A stretch of DNA of 64,000 nucleotides from Candidatus Latescibacterota bacterium. Its GTDB lineage: Bacteria; Latescibacterota; UBA2968; GCA-2709665. Below, piece after piece: positions 20,546 through 28,486 of this stretch. Where the stretch lies: positions 608,001 to 672,000 of the forward strand of contig OZ252100.1 in NCBI GenBank assembly GCA_965248435.1, written 5' to 3'. Numbering within the stretch: position 1 is the stretch's first letter; each line of letters opens with the position of its first letter. Position numbers and translations under genes: made by a program. The notes beneath the pieces are model-generated. The model was not told where the DNA came from and made no database searches. It saw only the letters and a list, made by a program, of their open reading frames with translations.

Positions 20546-21982
20546 ATGCACACCAGAATCCGGAACAACGACGGCCCAGCTCTGAAAGTCGTTCTCATTT
20601 CGACTTACGAGTTGGGCCGTCAGCCTTTTGGCCTGGCCTCCCCCGCTGCCTGGCTGAGGCGTGCGGGGATGGAGGTCGCCACCGCCGACCTCTCAGTTGG
20701 AGATCTGCCCGAAGCAGCAGTAATCGCAGCTGATCTTGTTGCGTTCTACATCCCCATGTACACCGCAACCCGCCTTGCCGTGCCGGTCGTGGAACGCGTA
20801 AAGGCTGCAAACCCCCATACGCACATCTGCTTTTATGGTCTTTACGCCTCCGTAAACGAAATCTATCTACGAAATCTGGGCGCCCAAACCATCCTCGGGG
20901 GAGAGTTCGAAGCAGGTCTGCTCCACCTCGCCAACTCACTTCAGGAATCGCGAGTCATCCACGAAAGGCAGACGGGGCCGGTCGTCTCTCTAGAGCGGCA
21001 GGATTTCCTGATCCCCGACAGAAGCGATCTTCCCCCGCTCTCCAGGTATGCCCGGCTCAAGGACGTGGACGATTCAGAGAAACAGGTCGGCTATGTAGAG
21101 GCCAGCCGAGGCTGCAAACACCTCTGCCGACATTGTCCGGTCGTACCGGTTTACGCTGGGAAATTCAGGATCGTCCAGCCTGAAATCGTGTTGGAGGACA
21201 TCCGCCGGCAGGTGTCCGCGGGGGCAGAGCACATCACGTTCGGAGATCCCGACTTTTTTAACGGGATCGGTCACGCCCTTCCTCTGGTCGAGACCCTTCA
21301 AAGGGAATTCCCAGATCTGACCTACGATGTGACGATCAAGGTCGAGCACCTCCTCCAGCACGCGAAGCATATCCCAACCCTTCGGGAAACCGGATGCAAA
21401 ATCATCACGACGGCCGTGGAATCGCTCGACGATACCGTCCTTTTCAAGTTGAACAAAGGCCACACCCGCGCAGACTTTATCCAGGCGCTCCAGATCTGCC
21501 GAGAGCATCTCATCACTTTGAATCCCACATTCATTCCGTTTTCTCCGTGGACCACGGCTGAGGGATATGCAGATCTCCTGGAAACCCTCAGCGATCTGGA
21601 ACTGATCGAAGAGGTCGCACCCGTCCAGTTGGCCATTCGCCTCCTGATACCTGAAGGGTCTCTGCTCCTGGAGCTAGCTGACATTCAGGAAGTGATTGCG
21701 CCTTTCCATCCGCAAAGCCTGAGTTACCCCTGGAAGCACGCAGAGCCGCGCGTCGACCAGCTTCAGGAAGTCATCAGCGGGATCATCAAAAGAGGTTTAG
21801 CCGAAAAGGCGTCCAGGAAAGAGATCTTCGGAGCGGTCTGGGAAGAGGCAAACACTTTGGCGGACCGCGCTCCGCCCGTTTATGACCCGGCGCCCCAACC
21901 GTCCCTTGCTACAATCCCCTACCTGACCGAGCCATGGTATTGCTGAGCGGAACCGACCGAAGAGCAGTTTGCTCTTACGTAG
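20546..21982 (+). CDS. CUAEP-tail radical SAM selenoprotein (Sec at TGA 21944-21946), 478 aa
   Basis: ASRGCKHLCRHC radical SAM motif and an N-terminal B12-binding-like domain; the frame continues through TGA as WYC-U-AEPTEEQFALT to TAG at 21980-21982. Confidence 0.88.
21958..21979 (+). promoter_or_regulatory. Candidate bacterial SECIS hairpin
   Basis: CG-AAGAGCA-GTT-TGCTCTT-A-CG stem-loop; the loop G lies 21 nt after the in-frame UGA. Confidence 0.7.
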
Positions 21983-22020
21983 ATGTGCAGGCGATGTTGT
22001 GATTCATAGAAAGGCAACCG

Positions 22021-22359
22021 ATGACGATTCAAGAATTGGCAGCAAGGTTTCCAGAGATCCCGGAAGACCTGCACGACGAACCTCAGCTCGCTCGATTTGG
22101 AGAGGCCTTTGGCGAACAGCTTCAGGTCGCGCAGAACCCGGGCGCCTGCTCTTCCGAATACTCGGCAGGCAATCATTATTATCTCAAACTGATCGGGCCG
22201 CTCAGGATCTACATGTACGGTCTGTCGAGTCGCGAAAGGGCACTCTCGCAACTCCAGGAACTGCTCGACCAGTATCAGACTGACCCGGATGGCTTTCTTG
22301 CCGGACTGGTCCCGCAGGACGCCGCCGAACAAGAGCTCAGAGGTCCGGGCTGCCAATGA
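22021..22359 (+). CDS. Small hypothetical protein (112 aa; GAC motif and C-terminal GPGCQ)
   Basis: ATG after GAAAGG, 38 nt downstream of the extended radical SAM stop. Confidence 0.75.
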   Translation: MTIQELAARFPEIPEDLHDEPQLARFGEAFGEQLQVAQNPGACSSEYSAGNHYYLKLIGPLRIYMYGLSSRERALSQLQELLDQYQTDPDGFLAGLVPQDAAEQELRGPGCQ

Positions 22360-22366
22360 CAACGAC

Positions 22367-23608
22367 TCACCGGTCTGAAATACCGATTCCGAGCATCCCA
22401 TAGGACTTCCTCAATGCGACCTCCACCCGCTCGGGCGAACCCTCCCGTGCGAAGATAAACCCGAGGTATTTCGATCCTTCGGGCAGGGGTTCGACCCGCT
22501 CGCCGATCGGGATCGTCACGGCGAGATCTTCGATCCCCGGAACCGCTCTCGCTGACTCCAGTCCCGTCACTTTTTCGAGCCGCCCCTTCGCTGGAACAGG
22601 GATCATCATCACGCCGGACGCGTCCGAACGGGACTGCACGGCGCTTTCGATCTCCAGCCCCAATGCGTGTCGAATGATCAACGTCTCCAGCGACATCCCC
22701 GCCCCGAACTTCAAGGTCCTCGAGCACAGCCCACCGATTGAACGGCCTGCGACCTCCAAGATCCACACACCCTTTGAGTTGACTCTGAGTTCCGCGTGGA
22801 CTGGTCCCTCTTCGAGGCCCAGCGCCGAAGAGGCCTCTACAGTCGCTTCCCGTATGTCCTCCTGAAGGCCGGCGTCCAGCCGGGACGGTGTAATGTAGAA
22901 GGTTTCCTCGAAGTAGGGACCTTCGAGCGGGTCTGGTTTGTCAAACAGGGCAAGGACGTGGAGCTCCCCCCGGATCAACAATCCCTCGAGCGCGACCTCG
23001 CTCCCCGGGATAAAATCTTCAACCAGGATTTCATTCGCTGGCAATTCACCTTTTCCCTTCACATCATCTCTTCGAAGAAACGCCGTGATCCGCTCAAAGG
23101 CCGACACAAAAGAACCCGGATCATCCGCTCGAATCACGCCGCGGCTGGCGCTGAGGAAGATCGGCTTCAAGACACACGGGAATCGAATCTCCTCGGCGAC
23201 TTCGTCCGGATTAGTCTCAATTGAAAAAGGCCTGAACCCAGGAGAGGGCAGGCCTTTCGCCGCGAATTTCTGTCTCATCAGAAGCTTGTTTCGCGATGCC
23301 TGAACGGAGGAAGCGGAATTGTGGCGCAACCCCAGGGCCTCGTTCGCGACGGACGCGAGCACGACCGAGTCGTCATCCACACCCAGGACTGCGTCGAGCT
23401 GATATCGTTCGGCGAACTCCAGAATCTCCTGGGCTGCTACCCCGGGTCTCGAAAAATCCAACGCGATCGTCTTCCCCGGAGTCAGGTCGGCCAGGGCCTG
23501 GCGGCGGTCGGATCCCACGACCACCTCGACTTCAAGCGCCTCCGCCGCCTTCATGAAATCGGGCGCTCGATACGTGGTTGTAGGCAGTAGGAGCAGGACG
23601 CGGCCCAT
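22367..23608 (-). CDS. ATP-grasp domain protein (L-amino-acid ligase-like)
   Basis: RNKLLMRQ, FPCVLKP, SASRGVIRAD, EDFIPGSEVALE, HAELRV and LEVAGRSIGG. Confidence 0.9.
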   Translation of the reverse strand: MGRVLLLLPTTTYRAPDFMKAAEALEVEVVVGSDRRQALADLTPGKTIALDFSRPGVAAQEILEFAERYQLDAVLGVDDDSVVLASVANEALGLRHNSASSVQASRNKLLMRQKFAAKGLPSPGFRPFSIETNPDEVAEEIRFPCVLKPIFLSASRGVIRADDPGSFVSAFERITAFLRRDDVKGKGELPANEILVEDFIPGSEVALEGLLIRGELHVLALFDKPDPLEGPYFEETFYITPSRLDAGLQEDIREATVEASSALGLEEGPVHAELRVNSKGVWILEVAGRSIGGLCSRTLKFGAGMSLETLIIRHALGLEIESAVQSRSDASGVMMIPVPAKGRLEKVTGLESARAVPGIEDLAVTIPIGERVEPLPEGSKYLGFIFAREGSPERVEVALRKSYGMLGIGISDR

Positions 23609-23622
23609 TGAGGTCGATCCGC

Positions 23623-23997
23623 CTATCCTCGATCAACTCCGGCCGGTTCCTCTGTCTTCTTCTTTTCCCGTTTCTCTCGAAACTCTCTGACCTTTTTGAT
23701 CACATCGGGGGCCAGTTCCAGGAGCTTTCGAAAGGACATATCACCCTCCTGAAGCGGAAGGAGCTGCGCCTTACCGTCGCGAATCACGATAAAGGCGACC
23801 GGTTCGACTGAGCCGCCTCCCCCGGTTCCGCTCCCCCGGTCCCCTCTGTTCCCCCCGGCACCAAAACCGAAGGAAATCTTGGAAACGGGAACGATCACCG
23901 TCTCCCCGACAACCATCGGTTCTCCGATCACGGTTTCCGTCTTAACGATCTGCCGAAACTCCTGCATCATCGTCTTGATCAAGTCCTCGACCGACAT
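23623..23997 (-). CDS. GerW/YtfJ-family protein
   Basis: TVIGEP...IVPVSKISFGFGAGG...GGGGSVEPVAFIVI. Confidence 0.85.
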   Translation of the reverse strand: MSVEDLIKTMMQEFRQIVKTETVIGEPMVVGETVIVPVSKISFGFGAGGNRGDRGSGTGGGGSVEPVAFIVIRDGKAQLLPLQEGDMSFRKLLELAPDVIKKVREFREKREKKKTEEPAGVDRG

Positions 23998-24019
23998 GCC
24001 ACCTCCTTCTTAACGGCTG

Positions 24020-24718
24020 TCAATTCGTTCTGCCGATCCTTTTATGTCTCCATCGATTCCAGTAGTAGGATAAGCCGACCCCGCCCGCTTGACAAGCCAG
24101 ACAGGCCACTGCCCACAAGATTCTGTGCAAATAAACGGCCAGCTCCACTTCGGCTTCCCCTTCCAGCCGTTCCTGATCGAAATCGGGGGCCAGAGCCAAA
24201 TCTACTCCGGGTCCCGTCGCGCCTGAGATCGCCAACGAGTAGCCGAATACTTGACCCGTGGTGACCGGATCTGAAGCCCCGAACACGACATCACACGACA
24301 GCCTGCGGACTCGAAATCCGCCGATCAGGCGCATCAGGAACCGCAAGACAGATCTTCTGAGTCTCTTGAAAAAGTACCAAATCGGACCCGCGGCGAACAG
24401 CCTCTGTTTCAGACCGGGTGTCTCCTGCTCTGGCTCGATCTCGGCCGGTTCAGCGGTTTCAACGGGCTCAACCGGCTCGGGAACCGGCTTCTTTCCACGC
24501 TTCAGATGGAAATTCCAGGGCGCCCAACGCCAAACCATCGGGCCCAAACGTAGTCTCTTCTCCTCATAGATGACCTGGATTCCGCAGAGTCCGTTCCACG
24601 GCCGCACCCATCCTCGAAGCAGACCGGCCTCCGGTGAGTATTGCCCCCATCCTCCCAAGCGGACCGGGAGGAAGAGCAGCAGGAGAATCGCGATAAAGAG
24701 GAGAAGAATCACTGTCAC
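24020..24718 (-). CDS. DUF2953 (YtfI-like) membrane-anchored protein
   Basis: FGASDPVTTGQVFG...PDF motif; N-terminal hydrophobic segment; usual partner of ytfJ. Confidence 0.7.
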   Translation of the reverse strand: MTVILLLFIAILLLLFLPVRLGGWGQYSPEAGLLRGWVRPWNGLCGIQVIYEEKRLRLGPMVWRWAPWNFHLKRGKKPVPEPVEPVETAEPAEIEPEQETPGLKQRLFAAGPIWYFFKRLRRSVLRFLMRLIGGFRVRRLSCDVVFGASDPVTTGQVFGYSLAISGATGPGVDLALAPDFDQERLEGEAEVELAVYLHRILWAVACLACQAGGVGLSYYWNRWRHKRIGRTN

Positions 24719-24811
24719 GCGGCCAACTCCTTATTTGGCTCTCGGTTGCGCAACAATACAGAAAAGACGCGAACAAAGTCAAGCCTTTTCTATGTTTGGA
24801 ACCAGGCTTTC

Positions 24812-24840
24812 TTGACTTGACTAACACTTTGATTTAATAT
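24812..24840 (+). promoter_or_regulatory. Putative sigma70 promoter
   Basis: TTGACT-N17-TAATAT upstream of the phosphomutase gene. Confidence 0.45.
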
Positions 24841-24877
24841 GTGGATGGCTTGATTTCAGCTCCCAGGAGATAGGCAC

Positions 24878-26716
24878 ATGCTCAGGCAGGTTGACACCTG
24901 GATCAGCAGCGGAAGGCTCTCCAGTGAAGCAGGCGTAGAACTCGAGCGCTGGTTGTCCGAATCGAAGTTTGGGGAATTCCAGCCGGAAATCGCTTCTCTG
25001 ATCGACTTAAAGGACCTGCAAGAGCTCGAGGACGCCTTTCGCAAACGCATCGAGTTTGGCACGGGTGGGATTCGTGGGAAGATGGGCCCTGGACCCAACC
25101 GAATCAACCTCCGCACCGTGGGTGAGGCCGCACAGGGCCTGGCGCAATACGTCATCAACACGCTGGGCAAGGACGGAGCCGAGCGAGGGATTGTGATCGC
25201 CTGCGACACGAGGAAAAATTCCGAACGGTTTGCCCGCGAGGCGGCATCCATATTCGCCGCAAACGGCATCCAATCACTCTTGTTTGACGGGTTTCGCTCG
25301 ACGCCCGAGCTTTCATTTGCCGTCAGGGCAAAGGAGGCTGCTGCCGGTGTGGTCATCAGCGCCAGCCACAATCCGCCATCCGACAATGGCTTCAAGGCCT
25401 ATGGATCGGACGGCGGCCAGGTGGTTCCCCCCCAGGACCGAGAGATCATCTCCGAGGTGAATGCCGTAACCGAAATCAAGAGGCTCGACTTCGACCTGGG
25501 TGTTGAACGCGGCCTGATCGAAACGGTAGGCAGCGAGATTGACTCGGAATACCTCCACAAATCAGTGACGACCTTCGCGGATACACGTGCCGTCAGGATC
25601 GTCTACACTCCTCTACACGGTGTCGGTATGACATCGGTGGCCCCGGCCCTTCGCAACCTCGGTTTCCAGGACCTTCATCTCGTTGCAGAGCAAACTGAAC
25701 CGGATGGAAACTTTCCGACGGTCCGCAATGGTATCGCCAATCCCGAGGACCCCCACGCACTCACGCTCGCGATCCAGAAGGCGTTGGAGGTCGATGCCGA
25801 TATCGTCCTGGCGAGCGATCCGGACGCCGACCGGCTTGGGTGTGCGCTGCCCGATCCCGACAGAGGATGGAACGCCCCGCCCGAAGACCTTTCTCTGAAC
25901 GGCAACCAGATCGGCGTGATCCTGTGCCGGTATATACTCGGTCAGAGAAAGAAACTCGGATCACTACCTCAAAAAGGCGTCGTCGCCAAGACGATCGTCA
26001 CCACAGACCTCATCGCCCTCATCGCGCGCGCCTTCGGCGTCCGCGTCGTCGACAATCTTCTCATCGGCTTCAAATACATCGGTGATGTAATCAAGACGCT
26101 CCCTCCCGAGACCGAATTCATCTACGGCGCGGAAGAGAGCCACGGCTATCTGGCAGGATCTTCGGTCAGGGACAAGGACGCTGCATCAGCCGCCATCCTT
26201 CTAGCCGAATGCGCAGCGAATCTCAAAGAACAGGACCGCTCGCTTCGCGCCTATCTCGACGAGATCTACGCGGAATATGGTTACTTTCAGGAAGTTCAGA
26301 AATCGGTCGATCGAGTGGGGGCAAGGGGAAGTCGCGAAATCGACCGCATCATGGCAGCCCTGCGAACAGACCCACCCGAACAGATCGGAGGATATCCGGT
26401 CTTTGAGATCATCGACCGGAAAATCGGCAAAGCCGCAAATTCCAAAGCTGGATCGGTTAGGGACGTGGCTGGGGCAAAAGGGGACGTCATCGCCTTTACG
26501 TTTTCCAATCCAGGACACTCAAGGATCTCGGCCCGGCCATCAGGCACCGAGCCCAAGATCAAATACTACGTCTCCGTCACGTCAGCGGACCAACCCAAGA
26601 CTTCGGGCGGGAGTCTGAACGAGGTGAAAGCCAAGCTCGACGAGATGGCTGCCGACATTATGGAGGGGATGCTCGCCCTGTCAGAACAAATCCTTCAAGA
26701 GGAGCCGAGCGCCTAG
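24878..26716 (+). CDS. Phospho-sugar mutase (PGM/PMM family)
   Basis: FGTGGIRG, SASHNP, DPDADR, EESHG and RPSGTEPKIK. Confidence 0.93.
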   Translation: MLRQVDTWISSGRLSSEAGVELERWLSESKFGEFQPEIASLIDLKDLQELEDAFRKRIEFGTGGIRGKMGPGPNRINLRTVGEAAQGLAQYVINTLGKDGAERGIVIACDTRKNSERFAREAASIFAANGIQSLLFDGFRSTPELSFAVRAKEAAAGVVISASHNPPSDNGFKAYGSDGGQVVPPQDREIISEVNAVTEIKRLDFDLGVERGLIETVGSEIDSEYLHKSVTTFADTRAVRIVYTPLHGVGMTSVAPALRNLGFQDLHLVAEQTEPDGNFPTVRNGIANPEDPHALTLAIQKALEVDADIVLASDPDADRLGCALPDPDRGWNAPPEDLSLNGNQIGVILCRYILGQRKKLGSLPQKGVVAKTIVTTDLIALIARAFGVRVVDNLLIGFKYIGDVIKTLPPETEFIYGAEESHGYLAGSSVRDKDAASAAILLAECAANLKEQDRSLRAYLDEIYAEYGYFQEVQKSVDRVGARGSREIDRIMAALRTDPPEQIGGYPVFEIIDRKIGKAANSKAGSVRDVAGAKGDVIAFTFSNPGHSRISARPSGTEPKIKYYVSVTSADQPKTSGGSLNEVKAKLDEMAADIMEGMLALSEQILQEEPSA

Positions 26717-26748
26717 GAACCGTGTTCGTCGGAGCGACAGCAAATCGA

Positions 26749-28464
26749 ATGGAAAACAAACCCTTGGGCATCAATCGAAATCTTGCCTCCTACGGCGACA
26801 CCGAGTTCAGCAAATACATCCGGCGCGCCTTCCTGGCCTCCGCCGGGTTCGACGAGACAGATCTGGATCGACCTGTCGTTGGGATCGCGAATACTGCCTC
26901 CGACTACAATACGTGTCACCGGCAGATGCCCGAACTGATCGAGGCCGCTAAACGGGGTGTGTTGGAGGCCGGAGGGCTCCCCTTCGTTTTCCCGACCATC
27001 TCCCTCCACGAAATCCTCTTCTCTCCAACGACCATGATCTACCGGAACCTCCTCGCCATGGAGACCGAAGAGATGATCAGGGCACAGCCAATGGACGCCG
27101 TCCTCCTCCTCGGGGGATGCGACAAAACGGTCCCCGCCCAGCTCATGGCCGCGGTCTCTGCGAACATCCCGGCCATCCTCGTCGTGACGGGACCAATGAG
27201 GTCTGGAAGTTGGCGCGGCGAGCCGCTCGGGGCGTGTACAGACTGCCGCCGATACTGGGGCCAATACCGAGCCGGTGAGATCGAAGCTTCCGACATCCGG
27301 GAACTCGAGCAGGCGCTCTGCCCGACGGGTGGGACGTGCATGGTCATGGGCTCGGCCTCATCCATTGCGTGTACGACAGAGGCTCTGGGCATGATGCTCT
27401 CCGGCGGGGCGACACCGCCGTCGGGCACCGGGGACCGCCTGCGGAACGCCTCGGCCTCGGGGCGATGCGCGGTCGACCTCGCGCGGAAGGGCCACAAACC
27501 CTCGGACATCCTGCAGAGGGCTTCCTTTATCAATGCGCTTACGCTCCTCGTGGCACTCGGCGGGTCTACAAACACGATCATCCACCTCCAGGCCATCGCG
27601 CGACGCGCCGGAGTGACCCTGTCTCTGGAAGACCTCGACGAAGTTTCCAGACGTGTCCCGTTGCTCGTCGACTGCAAACCGACCGGAGAAGGATACGTTG
27701 AGACTCTTCACCACGCGGGAGGCGTCCCGGCCGTCCTGAAGACGCTCGAGCCTTTCCTCGATCTCTCGACCCGTACCCTCTCCGGGCAGACCACTGGGGA
27801 AATCCTCGAAACCGTTTCCCCACCCGGGGACTGGCAGCAGACGATAAGGTCACTCGAAGATCCCCTGGGCCCAACCGGCTCACTTGCGGTCCTCCACGGT
27901 TCCCTCGCTCCTGACGGCGCCGTGATCAAGACCGCCTCGGCCAGCGCCTCGCTCGTAGAGCACCGCGGGCCGGCCGTCGTGTTCGAATCGCCCGAAGATG
28001 CGATTACACGAATCGACGACCCCGGACTCAACCTCACCCCGGAGCACGTCCTCATTCTCCGAAACGCCGGACCCGTAGGCGCCGGCATGCCGGAGGCCGG
28101 CTCTTTGCCCATCCCGAAACCGCTTGCTGAGTCAGGGGTCAAGGACATGGTGCGGGTCTCAGACGCCCGGATGAGCGGGACGGCGTATGGGACAGTGGTC
28201 CTACATTGCTCACCGGAGGCGGCTACGGGGGGACCGCTTGCACTGGTTCGAGACGGGGATCTGGTTGAGTTGAACGTCTCGGAGCGCCGAATCGATCTGC
28301 TTGTGAATGGAGAGGAACTGGCGCGTCGGCGCGAATCGTTCACTCCCCGCCCACTCCCCCACCGGGGCTGGCGCCGCCTCTACGCAGAGCACGTGCTCCC
28401 CGCGCACCTCGGAGCCGATCTGGATTTCCTTGCAGAGCCGTCGAAGGACTCCGAACACCCCTAA
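26749..28464 (+). CDS. IlvD/Edd-family dehydratase (probably sugar-acid type)
   Basis: NTCH, GCDKT, GTCMVMG, GGSTN and DARMSGT. Confidence 0.9.
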   Translation: MENKPLGINRNLASYGDTEFSKYIRRAFLASAGFDETDLDRPVVGIANTASDYNTCHRQMPELIEAAKRGVLEAGGLPFVFPTISLHEILFSPTTMIYRNLLAMETEEMIRAQPMDAVLLLGGCDKTVPAQLMAAVSANIPAILVVTGPMRSGSWRGEPLGACTDCRRYWGQYRAGEIEASDIRELEQALCPTGGTCMVMGSASSIACTTEALGMMLSGGATPPSGTGDRLRNASASGRCAVDLARKGHKPSDILQRASFINALTLLVALGGSTNTIIHLQAIARRAGVTLSLEDLDEVSRRVPLLVDCKPTGEGYVETLHHAGGVPAVLKTLEPFLDLSTRTLSGQTTGEILETVSPPGDWQQTIRSLEDPLGPTGSLAVLHGSLAPDGAVIKTASASASLVEHRGPAVVFESPEDAITRIDDPGLNLTPEHVLILRNAGPVGAGMPEAGSLPIPKPLAESGVKDMVRVSDARMSGTAYGTVVLHCSPEAATGGPLALVRDGDLVELNVSERRIDLLVNGEELARRRESFTPRPLPHRGWRRLYAEHVLPAHLGADLDFLAEPSKDSEHP

Positions 28465-28486
28465 TCCTATTTGAGGCCGTCAACAG

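Noticed and set aside
22351-22366. Possible Sec at CQ-TGA of the 112-aa protein
   Set aside because: Read-through would run antisense into the ATP-grasp gene; no convincing hairpin.
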